Source of the DNA: Clostridia bacterium
Lineage (GTDB): Bacteria; Bacillota; Clostridia; Oscillospirales; CAG-272
Direction: 5' to 3'
Length of the DNA stretch: 64,000 nucleotides
Assembly: GCA_017455905.1 (NCBI GenBank)
Contig: JAFTLQ010000015.1
Span: 964 to 64,963 of the forward strand
Position 1 is the first letter of the stretch; each line of letters begins with the position of its first letter. The notes below the pieces were generated by a model that worked only from the letters and a program-made list of their open reading frames with translations, was not told the DNA's origin and made no database searches. Positions 40,201 through 48,721 of the stretch are shown piece after piece. The position numbers and the translations under genes were made by a program.

Positions 40201-41519
40201 TCCGTATCCGAAGCCTCATGTCGGCTATGAGCCTGCGCGAGCAGAAAGGGATCCGAGCGATCCCCGCGCCGGCTGAGTATCACCGCACGGAATATACTAA
40301 GGCTATGCAGGAGGCTGCCTACACGATCATTGGTCCGCAAATGTCACCCATACATTTTGACATTCTTGAGCCTGTTTTCTCCAAGCACGGATACCATATC
40401 GTTATTTTGGACAACGATCATCGCGGTGTGATCGATACAGGCCTCAAATATGTCAACAACGATGCATGCTTCCCGTCGATCACCGTGGTCGGACAGATCA
40501 TGGATGCGGTGCTCTCGGGAAAATACGATACGAATCGGTTAGCGATTATGATGACGCAGACCGGCGGATGCTGTCGCGCGAGCAATTACGTCGCATTTAT
40601 TCGGCGCGCCCTTGATAAAGCCGGGTATTCGCATATACCTGTCATTTCCCTGAATGCCAACGGCATGGAGAAGAACGAGGGCTTTAAGCTATCGCCCTCG
40701 CTTCTGATGAGTGCCGTCCGCGCGCTCGTTTACGGCGATCTGCTGATGAAATGCCTTTACCGCGTGCGTCCGTACGAGCTTACCCCCGGCTCGGCTAATG
40801 CCTTGCACGCAAAGCTTCGTCAGATATGCATCGACTCTCTCGTTGATCCGAAGAGCCCGTACCGTTTCAAGACGGTATGCGAACAGATCGTCAAGGAGTT
40901 TGATGAATTCCCGATCGACGAGAACCTGCGCAAGCCGAGAGTCGGCGTCGTAGGCGAGATCCTCGTAAAGTATATGCCACTGGCGAACAATCACGTGGTC
41001 GAGCTGCTCGAAAAGGAAGGAGCCGAGGCGGTCGTTCCCGATATGATCGATTTCTTCCATTATAGCTTTTCCAAGGGCGCCTATCGGCACAGGTTTTACG
41101 GGACCTCCAAAACGGGAGAGATCGCAGCGAAGCTCGTTACGCGTGTGATCAATTGGGTGAGAAAGCCCGCCACCGATGCCTTAAGCCGAAGCAAGCGGTT
41201 CCATCCTCCCGTTCACATAAACGAGGTGGCGGACATGACGAAGCCCTTCTTATCTCTTGGAAATCAGTACGGAGAGGGATGGTTGCTTGCGGGTGAGATG
41301 CTTGAGTTGATAAAAAGCGGTGTCCCGAACATCATCTGTATACAGCCGTTTGCTTGCCTGCCCAACCACGTTCTCGGAAAAGGCGTTATAAAAAGATTAC
41401 GGGAAGCCTACCCGGAATCCAATATTGCCGCCGTCGACTACGACCCCGGTGCCAGTGAGGTCAACCAGCTGAACCGCATCAAGCTGATGCTGTCAACAGC
41501 AAAGGAAAGAATCAAATAA
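37293..41519 (+). CDS. acyl-CoA dehydratase activase-related protein (two BadF/BadG/BcrA/BcrD-type ATPase domains fused to a DUF2229-like region)
   Basis: Two actin-fold ATPase modules (GIDIGSTTVKLVVLD and GIDAGSTTTKMALIG, each with DIGGQD/ELGGED), followed by a ~750-aa C-terminal region typical of CoA-substrate-specific enzyme activase fusions. TTG start after a CAGGAGG SD. Confidence 0.8.
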   Translation: MKDYRAGIDIGSTTVKLVVLDDNDHMIYGKYRRHLARTQATLNELLKEAKQLLGDCRLNVRITGSGSINLGKALGIDFVQEVVAVATALKHEAPQTDVAIELGGEDAKIIYFTGGLEERMNGVCAGGTGSFIDQMAALLQTDDAGLNQAAEAYKEIYPIAARCGVFAKTDIQPLINEGATTEDLAASIFQAVVNQTISGLACGKPIRGCVAFLGGPLHFMPELKKAFIRTLKLTPENIIDPEQSHLFAAMGAALEATDEQGTDIDALIHRLESGVEIAFEMQRLEPLFATDEEYETFTKRHERAVLPKRDLATYTGKCYLGIDAGSTTTKMALIGASGELLYSFYANNQGNPIETAKAGIAGLQKILPSTAKIVRSCSTGYGEVLLKSAFSLDEGEVETIAHCTAASFFDPDVDCVLDIGGQDMKCIKLKGGMVDTILLNEACSSGCGSFIENFANSLGFSAQDFAKEALFAKNPVDLGTRCTVFMNSNVKQAQKEGASVSDISAGLAYSVIKNALFKVIKLTDAKDLGKHIVVQGGTFHNKAVLRAFEKVAGTEAVCPDISGLMGAFGAALIAKQHDNGEESSMLSLDEIMTLTYTQTSRRCGGCANNCMLTVNTFPNQRHHISGNRCEKGSGGSASGAKGANLMEYKRQRMFAYEPLSESEATRGTVGIPRVLNIYENYPFWATFFKKLGIRAVLSPFSDRRMYELGMESIPSESECYPAKLSHGHVEWLIKQGIQTIFHPCVYYEHQETSKAQNHYNCPIVVSYAENLKNNVEAITSGKVKYIRPFMAFTSEKSVAHRMVMLCKKEWNIPEREVREAVKAAWQEQLNAKADIRKQGAKVLAEMEARHGKGIVLAGRPYHIDPEINHGIPELITSYGLDVFTEDSLPIDFDPSRPVRVVDQWVYHSRLYTAAEFVCKRNDLELIQLNSFGCGLDAVTTDQVCEILEKSNKLYTVLKIDEVNNLGAVRIRIRSLMSAMSLREQKGIRAIPAPAEYHRTEYTKAMQEAAYTIIGPQMSPIHFDILEPVFSKHGYHIVILDNDHRGVIDTGLKYVNNDACFPSITVVGQIMDAVLSGKYDTNRLAIMMTQTGGCCRASNYVAFIRRALDKAGYSHIPVISLNANGMEKNEGFKLSPSLLMSAVRALVYGDLLMKCLYRVRPYELTPGSANALHAKLRQICIDSLVDPKSPYRFKTVCEQIVKEFDEFPIDENLRKPRVGVVGEILVKYMPLANNHVVELLEKEGAEAVVPDMIDFFHYSFSKGAYRHRFYGTSKTGEIAAKLVTRVINWVRKPATDALSRSKRFHPPVHINEVADMTKPFLSLGNQYGEGWLLAGEMLELIKSGVPNIICIQPFACLPNHVLGKGVIKRLREAYPESNIAAVDYDPGASEVNQLNRIKLMLSTAKERIK

Positions 41520-41628
41520 GAAACGATATTCCACGGCAGAATGCTTGCTTGCCCCTTGTCCGTTTCGTATGGGCTTTTCTCACCTCGAAAGAGCTTGGTC
41601 AATGAAAGGAGAAAGGTGAGAGAACCCA

Positions 41629-41657
41629 TTGAAATGTGCAAAAGAATGTGATATAAT
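41629..41657 (+). promoter_or_regulatory. sigma-70 promoter (extended -10) of ktrBA
   Basis: TTGAAA (41629-41634), 17-nt spacer, TGaTATAAT (41649-41657). Confidence 0.65.
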
Positions 41658-41696
41658 AGATGAAAAATCTATTGCAAAGCAAGCAGGGACGGATGT

Positions 41697-43058
41697 ATGG
41701 TTCGAAAAAGGAAGTTCACGTTATCGACGACGCAGATCATTCTGCTCAGCTTTTTGGTCACGATATTGATTGGAAGCGTTCTTTTGGCGCTCCCGATCAG
41801 CTCGGCCGACGGTAAGGCTATCCCTTACGTGGATGCGCTGTTTACTGCGACGACCTCCACCTGCGTGACGGGACTTGTCACGGTCCCCACCTTTTCCACT
41901 TGGAGCATCTTCGGTCAGATCGTTATCTTGATCTTAATACAGATCGGCGGTATTGGTGTGATCGCGATCATGTCGGGCTTTATGCTGCTTCTCAACCGGA
42001 AAATGGGCCTTGGCAATCGACTGCTCATTCAGGATGCATTCAATCTGAATACCCTGTCGGGACTTGCCAAATTCGTAAAGAACATTCTTTTGGGTACGCT
42101 TACCGTTGAGGGCGTCGGAGCACTGCTGTATATGTTGGTGTTTGTCCCTGCCTTCGGTGCGCGCGGGATATGGATATCCGTATTCAATTCCGTGTCTGCC
42201 TTTTGTAACGCCGGTATCGATATTATAGGAGAGAGTAGCCTGTGTGCCTATGCGACCAATCCCTTGGTCAATATCGTCACCGCCTCCCTGATCATTCTCG
42301 GCGGTATCGGATATATCGTTTGGTGGGATGTGTTTCGGGTGATTAAAAGCCGCACGCCACGCAACCGACGCGTGTTCCGACACTTGACGCTTCACAGCAA
42401 GATCGCCATCGTTTCGACCCTTTGTCTGATCTTTGGCGGCGCGCTCCTGATATTCGTGTTTGAGTATAACAACCCACAAACGATCGGGGATATGAATCTG
42501 TTTGATAAGCTTCAGGTATCTCTCTTTCAATCGATTACGACGAGAACGGCAGGCTTTGCCACAGTTCCGCAGGAAAACCTAACGGGAGCGTCCACGGTCG
42601 TATCGCTCGTGTTGATGTTCATCGGCGGCTCTCCCGTGGGAACGGCGGGCGGTGTCAAGACGGTGACCATCGTTGTGTTGTTGTGTTCTGCCCTTGCGAC
42701 CATCCGAAACAAGACGGGTGCTACGATATTCCAACGTCGGATCTCCGGCGGTTCCATTCGCAAGGCGGTGGCCGTGGTGGCGACCTTTTCGGCCGTTATG
42801 CTCACATCGATCATTCTGCTGGCGGCTGTTACCGATGCCCCGGTCATCGATATTGTCTATGAATCGGTCAGTGCAACGGCGACCGTTGGATTGTCAAAGA
42901 ATCTGACGGCTAGTCTGAGTGCGCTTGGAAAATGCATTATCATCGTTACGATGTACTTTGGCCGAGTTGGCCCGATATCCCTTGCCGTCGCCCTTGGCAG
43001 CAAGAAGGAAAATCAAAACGTGATATCCGAGCCAACGGAAGATATTAGTATTGGATAA
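41697..43058 (+). CDS. ktrB: TrkH/KtrB family potassium uptake membrane subunit
   Basis: Polytopic protein with repeated pore-loop motifs (TATTSTCVTGL, NAGIDIIG, TTRTAGF, TATVGLS). Confidence 0.85.
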   Translation: MVRKRKFTLSTTQIILLSFLVTILIGSVLLALPISSADGKAIPYVDALFTATTSTCVTGLVTVPTFSTWSIFGQIVILILIQIGGIGVIAIMSGFMLLLNRKMGLGNRLLIQDAFNLNTLSGLAKFVKNILLGTLTVEGVGALLYMLVFVPAFGARGIWISVFNSVSAFCNAGIDIIGESSLCAYATNPLVNIVTASLIILGGIGYIVWWDVFRVIKSRTPRNRRVFRHLTLHSKIAIVSTLCLIFGGALLIFVFEYNNPQTIGDMNLFDKLQVSLFQSITTRTAGFATVPQENLTGASTVVSLVLMFIGGSPVGTAGGVKTVTIVVLLCSALATIRNKTGATIFQRRISGGSIRKAVAVVATFSAVMLTSIILLAAVTDAPVIDIVYESVSATATVGLSKNLTASLSALGKCIIIVTMYFGRVGPISLAVALGSKKENQNVISEPTEDISIG

Positions 43059-43070
43059 AGGAGATCGAAT

Positions 43071-43721
43071 ATGCAAAAGAAGAAAACCTACGCGGTGTTT
43101 GGCCTTGGAAGATACGGCAGAGCCGTTGCGAAGGAGCTGGTGGAAAACGGGATGGAGGTCATTGCCGTCGATACCGACCAGAGCATCGTGAACGATGCCG
43201 CCGCTCATCTTCCGATCTGTAAATGCGCGGACGTGACCGATCCCGAGGTGATCGAGCGCCTTGGCATTGCGGATATCGATACGGTCGTCATTTGCATGGC
43301 AAGCAGGCTGGAAGCCAGTGTGATGGCGGTCACCCTGTGTAAGGAAGCCGGCGTCAAGACGGTCATTGCGAAATGCTCCAATGAGATGCAACAGAAAATT
43401 CTTCTTCGTGTGGGTGCGGACAAGGTCGTGTTCCCCGAAAATGAATCGGGCATCCGTCTGGCCAAGAATATGCTAAGCTCGGGCTTTATTGATATGATCT
43501 CCTTGTCCAAGGATGTGTCCATGGTGGAGATCGACGTAAAGGACGAGTGGATCGGCAAAAATCTGATCGATCTGAATCTGCGTAAAAAATACGGCTTCAA
43601 TATCGTGGCCATCAAAAAAGGCAACAAGGTCAACGTAAATATCAATCCCGAGCAGGTGCTTGATGCGGAAACCACGCTGATCGTTATTGCCAATACGGCA
43701 AAGCTTGCCCGTATAAACTAA
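43071..43721 (+). CDS. ktrA: TrkA/KtrA family potassium uptake regulatory subunit (RCK domain)
   Basis: YAVFGLGRYGRAVAKEL Rossmann motif, 216 aa, immediately downstream of ktrB. Confidence 0.85.
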   Translation: MQKKKTYAVFGLGRYGRAVAKELVENGMEVIAVDTDQSIVNDAAAHLPICKCADVTDPEVIERLGIADIDTVVICMASRLEASVMAVTLCKEAGVKTVIAKCSNEMQQKILLRVGADKVVFPENESGIRLAKNMLSSGFIDMISLSKDVSMVEIDVKDEWIGKNLIDLNLRKKYGFNIVAIKKGNKVNVNINPEQVLDAETTLIVIANTAKLARIN

Positions 43722-43735
43722 TACGTGTATGCCAA

Positions 43736-43764
43736 GAGGGCTGACCGTTTTTCGGTCAGCCCTC
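43736..43764 (+). terminator. strong hairpin after ktrA (probable terminator, poor U-tract)
   Basis: GAGGGCTGACCG / CGGTCAGCCCTC perfect 12-bp stem with a TTTTT loop. The downstream sequence is AAAATTTG. Confidence 0.5.
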
Positions 43765-43855
43765 AAAATTTGATGCGTCTTTGTAGATAGAATGCTTGCG
43801 TTTTGTCGAAAAAAGTGATATACTGTAAAAGTATAAGAAATAACAAGGAGAAGCT

Positions 43856-44569
43856 ATGTTTGACTTCAAAAATAAAATTGCCGTCGTAACAGGCGGCGCG
43901 AGAGGGATCGGCAAGTGCATCCGCGAGAGGTTCGAGGCGGCGGGTGCGACGGTCTGTGTCATTGACCTGATAGAAAACGACTATTTCGTGGGGGATCTTG
44001 CGGATCGGGCAACGCTTGAGCGATTTGCCGAGAAGGTGATCGCCGAACACGGCCACGTGGATTATCTCATCAACAACGCCGCGCCGAAGATGTGCGGCAT
44101 CACAAACGGCAGCTACGAGGACTTTGCATATGCATTGAAGGTCGGCGTGACAGCACCGTTTTATCTCTCCAAGCTCTTTGCCAATCACTTTGCCAAGGGC
44201 GCAAGCATCGTCAATATCTCGTCCTCCCGTGACCGTATGAGTCAGCCCGAGACCGAGAGCTACACGGCGGCGAAGGGAGGCATTTCCGCGCTGACACACG
44301 CCCTTGCGGTCAGTCTTGCGGGCAAGGTACGCGTTAATTCGATCTCGCCCGGCTGGATCGACAATAACTATACCGTATATGAGGGTGCGGACGCCGTTCA
44401 ACAGCCTGCGGGCAGAGTCGGCAATCCTCCCGACATTGCCAATATAGTGCTCTATCTCTGCTCGGATATGGCTGGCTTCATCACGGGCGAAAATATCTGT
44501 ATCGACGGCGGTATGACAAAGCAAATGATCTACCACGGAGACTGCGGATGGACGCTGAATGAAACGTAA
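43856..44569 (+). CDS. SDR family oxidoreductase (FabG-like)
   Basis: IAVVTGGARGIGKCI, NNAA and YTAAKGG motifs. Confidence 0.85.
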   Translation: MFDFKNKIAVVTGGARGIGKCIRERFEAAGATVCVIDLIENDYFVGDLADRATLERFAEKVIAEHGHVDYLINNAAPKMCGITNGSYEDFAYALKVGVTAPFYLSKLFANHFAKGASIVNISSSRDRMSQPETESYTAAKGGISALTHALAVSLAGKVRVNSISPGWIDNNYTVYEGADAVQQPAGRVGNPPDIANIVLYLCSDMAGFITGENICIDGGMTKQMIYHGDCGWTLNET

Positions 44570-44599
44570 ACTTTACAAAAGGACGTATTACGCGAAGAC

Positions 44600-45145
44600 A
44601 TGAGATTGATACAAGCGAGAAAGCTCGCCCACCGGATCAAGATACATCGGCTCTACCGAAAGGCGTTTCCTACGAATGAACGCAAGCCGTTTTTTATCAT
44701 CCGATCCATGCAAAAGAAAGGAAAGACAGACGTTTGGTATTTTGAAAAAGAGGGAGCCTTCGTCGGCTTCGCAACGACCATCAACGGAGGTGACCGGATC
44801 CTTTTGGACTACCTTGCGGTTGTCGAGAAGAAGCGAGGCAAGGGCATCGGAACGGACATGCTGAAGCTGCTTCGGACGCAGTACGAAGGGAAGGGCATTT
44901 TCCTTGAAATTGAACGGCCTTGCGCGGACGCTCCCAACGCAGAGGAACGCATCCGACGAAAGCAGTTTTACCTCTCGTGCGGAATGAAGGAGTTGAATGT
45001 CTCTGCCCGTGTATTCGGTGTTGACATGGAGCTTTTAGGCTGGGATTGCGTAATGGATTACGAGGATTACCGCTTGTTTTATCGGGATAACTACAGCGAA
45101 TTTGCCGCCGAGCATATTCAGCGTTGTGACGGCGATTCCATCTAA
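44600..45145 (+). CDS. GNAT family N-acetyltransferase
   Basis: LAVVEKKRGKGIGTDMLKLL (acetyl-CoA binding Q/RxxGxG/A-type motif). Confidence 0.8.
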   Translation: MRLIQARKLAHRIKIHRLYRKAFPTNERKPFFIIRSMQKKGKTDVWYFEKEGAFVGFATTINGGDRILLDYLAVVEKKRGKGIGTDMLKLLRTQYEGKGIFLEIERPCADAPNAEERIRRKQFYLSCGMKELNVSARVFGVDMELLGWDCVMDYEDYRLFYRDNYSEFAAEHIQRCDGDSI

Positions 45146-45185
45146 GTGTCGGAACGAAAGATGAAGGGCAGAAGGGAGATAACTC

Positions 45186-46049
45186 ATGATTTTGCAAACA
45201 AAACGTCTCATTCTGCGCCCTTGGCGCGAGGATGATGCAGAAGAATTATATAAATACGCGAGCGACCCGGAGGTAGGCCCACCTGCCGGATGGCAACCGC
45301 ACACGAGTGTGGAGAATAGCCGAGAGATCTTTCGGGGCGCGCTGTCTGCGCCCGAGACCTATGCCGTTTGTCTCAAAGAGAACGGTAAACCTATTGGCAG
45401 CATTGGACTACATCGTAACGACCTTGCGGAGCAGGACGATGAATACGAGCTTGGCTATTGGATCGGCAAGACCTTCTGGGGGCAGGGCCTCATTCCCGAA
45501 GCCTCGCGCGAGATGCTTCGCCACGCCTTTGAAGATCTCGGCATAAATAGAGTTTGGTGCGGTTATTACGACGGCAACATCAAAAGCCGTCGTGTGCAGG
45601 AAAAGCTCGGCTTTGTCTATCATCATACCACTGAAGGACTTGCGGTCAAGCAAATGAACGAGATTCGCACAGGTCATGTGATGCTGATGACGAGAGAAAC
45701 GTGGGAGAAAGAACAATATTTTGCCGATTATGAAGTATGCACTGAGAATGATGTGTCTGAAATAACTGCAAAAGGCATAGCCCTAAAAAACGAAATGTTT
45801 ATCGATTTTGAAGAATGCACGAAGATGTGGGCAAAAATGAACGATGTAGAACAATCAAAATGCATTGGTGAAAGAGATATCGAGGATTTAAGCTTCACGT
45901 TTTACACTCTGCCGAAATCCATTATGATTAAATTCCTTGAAAAAGGAAGGTTTGTGGAGTTTCTTTCGAAGAATAATGTTCACAGACGTTTTCACAATTT
46001 GCAAAACAAGATTGTTGAGTTTGGATATAGAACTTTCGATATGACCTAA
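45186..46049 (+). CDS. GNAT (RimJ/RimL-like) N-acetyltransferase with a ~110-aa AT-rich C-terminal extension (probable chimeric ORF)
   Basis: [30 protein letters not shown]...[17 protein letters not shown] is a complete RimJ-like GNAT ending near ...[11 protein letters not shown] (~45715). The ORF then runs on into visibly AT-rich DNA to 46049. Confidence 0.7.
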   Translation: MILQTKRLILRPWREDDAEELYKYASDPEVGPPAGWQPHTSVENSREIFRGALSAPETYAVCLKENGKPIGSIGLHRNDLAEQDDEYELGYWIGKTFWGQGLIPEASREMLRHAFEDLGINRVWCGYYDGNIKSRRVQEKLGFVYHHTTEGLAVKQMNEIRTGHVMLMTRETWEKEQYFADYEVCTENDVSEITAKGIALKNEMFIDFEECTKMWAKMNDVEQSKCIGERDIEDLSFTFYTLPKSIMIKFLEKGRFVEFLSKNNVHRRFHNLQNKIVEFGYRTFDMT

Positions 46050-46071
46050 TGGAATATTTCCGTTTGGCAGA

Positions 46072-46668
46072 GTGACAAATAAGAATTTGAAAGGGAGGTA
46101 TTGTCATGGATATCACATGACGGCCTCCGATATCAGCGACGGAGAGCTTGCGGAAGCAAGAGGGAGAGCCGCAAAGAACAATGTGCAGCTTCCATTTGTA
46201 AAGACAGACTTCTGTGCTTTATCGGAGACCTTCAGAGAACCGTTTGACGTTGTGATCTGCATGGATAACGCACTGCCGCATATGCTCACAAAGAGTGCGT
46301 TGGAGGCGGCAATCAAAAGTATCACAAATCAGATCACAGATGGCGGTATGTTTGTTGCCAGTATCCGAGATTATGATGCGTTGCTTATGGATAAGCCGCC
46401 ATATTCACCCCCTTATATCCATAAGACTGACAAAGGGCAAAGAGTATCTTTTCAAACATGGGTCTGGGACGGCGAGCATTACAAGCTGACGCAGTATATC
46501 ATTGATGATGAAGGAACTCTGCAGATCAGTAAATTCGACTGCGAATACAGAGCAATACGCAGAGAAGAGCTGACAAGCTTGCTGGTTGCGAATGGCTGTC
46601 GTGAGGTGGTATGGAAGTTCCCGGAAGAAACAGGATTCTATCAGCCGATCGTAATAGCAAAGAAATAA
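46072..46668 (+). pseudogene. class I SAM-dependent methyltransferase lacking the N-terminal SAM-binding motif I (5'-truncated)
   Basis: ..HMTASDISDGELAEARGRA...FDVVICMDNALPHML...GGMFVASIRDYD matches the post-motif-I part of small MTases. No GxGxG motif or credible start/SD lies upstream. Confidence 0.6.
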
Positions 46669-46707
46669 CAGAAGAAAACATCAAATGAGAATTTGTAAGG
46701 CGGTTTT

Positions 46708-47181
46708 ATGAAAAGGGTAACAAGTGTAGGAATACTTTTAGCGGTGCTGGCTGCGGCTCTCTATGCCATCAACGCTCCTTTTTCGAAGCTACTGCTCGAT
46801 TATATGCCCTCTACACTGATGGCAGGATTTTTGTATCTTGGCGCAGGGCTGGGGATGGGTATTATCGCTTTGTTCAGAAGATTCAAAAATGCTGAGCGAA
46901 CGGAAGAAAAAATAACGAAAGCAGACCTGCCGTACACGGTGGCTATGATAATTCTCGACATTGCTGCCCCGATTTTCTTGCTCCTTGGACTTTCGTACAC
47001 CTCTGCGGCAAACGCCTCGCTTCTCAACAATTTTGAAATCGTAGCTACGGCACTTATCGCATTGGTAATTTTCAAAGAGAAAATTAGCCCAAGACTGTGG
47101 CTTGGTATTCTGTTCGTTACAGTTTCCTGTGCGCTCCTCTCAATTGAGGATATAGCAAGTTGCAGAAAAGCTGTCGCTTGA
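46708..47181 (+). pseudogene. DMT/EamA family transporter, first half only (3'-truncated)
   Basis: One EamA domain (5 TM helices, ~150 aa), whereas the family normally has two. Homology ends near LLSIED (~47150) and a stop follows after a short unrelated tail. Confidence 0.55.
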
Positions 47182-47185
47182 ACGA

Positions 47186-47833
47186 AACGCTCCGTTTAAT
47201 CGCTCGGATTTTTTTGAAGACTATGTTGATCTGTGCGATTATCAACTTGATAGAGCTGTTCCAAAGGAAAGCAAAATCATCACGAGCGATGGCGTTTTTG
47301 AAAAGGTACTGGATATTCGTCGTATCAATGATGGCATAGACAGCAAACGATTCGACTTGATTGATGAATACATCGCAGAAAACAGCCCTAATGCTGAGCC
47401 TAATCAACTACGCGGATTAGACGATTATGATAGGTGGAAACGCGTGAGTGATATGAGAAACAGAAATCGCAGTCAATCTCGTTTCTTGAAAGAAAACCTG
47501 ATGCGGAATATTCAAGAGCGCTCAAATGGCGAAAGTGCTTTGTCGTATTTCGTTGACTCAATTCAGGAGAAGGCGCTATATCTTTTGGATGAGCCTGAAA
47601 ACAGTTTATCTCCTCAAAATCAATTGCAACTGAAATATTTTATTGAAGATTCAGTAAGAAATTTTGGTTGTCAGTTTGTTATTTCTACACACTCACCGTT
47701 CTTGCTCTCTCTTAGAGGCGCACATATATACAACATAGATGAAACACCGCCTACGGAGAGAAAATGGACAGAGCTTGATTGCGTAAAAGTGTATCATGAT
47801 TTCTTTGTTGAGCAAAGTGATAAATTTAATTAA
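47186..47833 (+). pseudogene. AAA/ABC-like ATPase C-terminal fragment (5'-truncated, no Walker A)
   Basis: The frame is open from 47156 without a start. It contains YLLDEPENSLSP (Walker B/D-loop type) and ISTHSPFLL (H-loop type), but the N-terminal P-loop region is absent. Confidence 0.55.
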
Positions 47834-48319
47834 TTGAAAGCGATCTATCCTCCCGTCGGTGAATACGGGAAGCAAGGGTGAGCATCATAAAAATTCGTCT
47901 TATTCTGTCTTTTTAGCGCTGTTTATTGACGTTTAGTGATACCTATTACATATAGATCACTTTGTTATACAAAAGTGACAGAAGTTGACTTTTGCCAAAT
48001 GGTAAAAACCCTTTTTTGCGGACGCTTTTTGCTCGTTTTGACTTCTCAAGCACACAAAAGTTGTCAAAACGCGCTCTTTGCGCTCTTATCTCCGTGTACT
48101 CCGGTTCTGTTTATGGTCAAAGATGTGGTCAAATCCAAGTACCGAATGATTGATATGTGGTCACGAAATCCCAAAAAGCGCAAGCTGCTTTCGGGGTGCC
48201 CCCGAAGATAAGAAAACGCAAAAATCATGTGATAAACATACCGCCATCAGAGAAGAAACGCACCAACCGCCACATGTGGTCAGCCGTGCAGAAAAAAAGA
48301 TAAACATGTGGTTAGGCTA

Positions 48320-48348
48320 TTGATAAAATTCCAAAAACATGTTATAAT
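48320..48348 (+). promoter_or_regulatory. consensus extended -10 promoter of the candidate ncRNA
   Basis: TTGATA (48320-48325), 17-nt spacer, TGtTATAAT (48340-48348). Confidence 0.7.
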
Positions 48349-48354
48349 GCGTTT

Positions 48355-48670
48355 GCGCTATATGCGTCGTCGACCTGCTCCTATGCGAGAATGCGGCAAA
48401 ATACTAACACTCTTGTATGAGACGTGACTGTGTCTCTTAACACTATTGGTAGAGGGCTTATCCTTAAAGTTTAACACAGGTTGGTGCGTTTGTAAGTTTG
48501 ACACCGTAACGCCTGAGCCAAAATTAGTCAAGATAGGGCACGTGACACGAAAGTGCATCACGATATGCAGCCTGTATGTAAATGTTAGTTTAAGACAGGT
48601 GACGAAATGTTTAAATGACGTGAACGGAACTTACATCCCCGAACCGTTAGGTTCGGGGGCTTTTTATTTT
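48355..48670 (+). ncRNA. candidate orphan non-coding RNA (~310 nt), class unknown
   Basis: It lies between a near-perfect promoter and a strong intrinsic terminator. There is no SD-preceded ORF on the plus strand. Several local hairpins are present (GAGAC-N8-GTCTC at ~48421-48438, CCTGT-N19-ACAGG at ~48571-48599). I could not match it to any RNA family from memory. Confidence 0.45.
48637..48670 (+). terminator. intrinsic terminator of the candidate ncRNA
   Basis: CCCCGAACC / GGTTCGGGG stem, GTTA loop, then GCTTTTTATTTT. Confidence 0.85.
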
Positions 48671-48697
48671 CTCGGGTTGTTGCATTTTAACTCTTGC

Positions 48698-48721
48698 GAA
48701 GGGCTTTGTCAAGCCCTTTTC
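48698..48721 (+). terminator. second (tandem) terminator
   Basis: GAAGGGCTT / AAGCCCTTT stem, TGTC loop, followed by TTTT. Confidence 0.6.

Noticed and set aside
41560-41625. Hairpin TCTCACCT...AGGTGAGA after the activase gene, as a terminator
   Set aside because: The loop is ~28 nt and there is no U-tract, so it is not convincing as an intrinsic terminator.
41520-41696. c-di-AMP (ydaO/yuaA-type) riboswitch upstream of ktrB
   Set aside because: It was expected from B. subtilis ktrAB biology. However, the 5' region after the promoter (-10 at 41652-41657) is only ~40 nt, and I could not find the conserved ydaO-type elements in 41520-41696.
47936-48211. 91-aa ORF in the coding desert upstream of the ncRNA promoter
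   Set aside because: It has no SD, a Cys/Leu/Phe-rich low-information translation, and overlaps the repeated ATGTGGTCA boxes.
48123-48314. DnaA boxes / chromosomal-type replication origin
   Set aside because: ATGTGGTCA does not fit the DnaA box (TTATCCACA / TGTGGATAA): the central A is missing and the 3' half differs. No adjacent dnaA/dnaN or AT-rich unwinding element of the usual form was seen.
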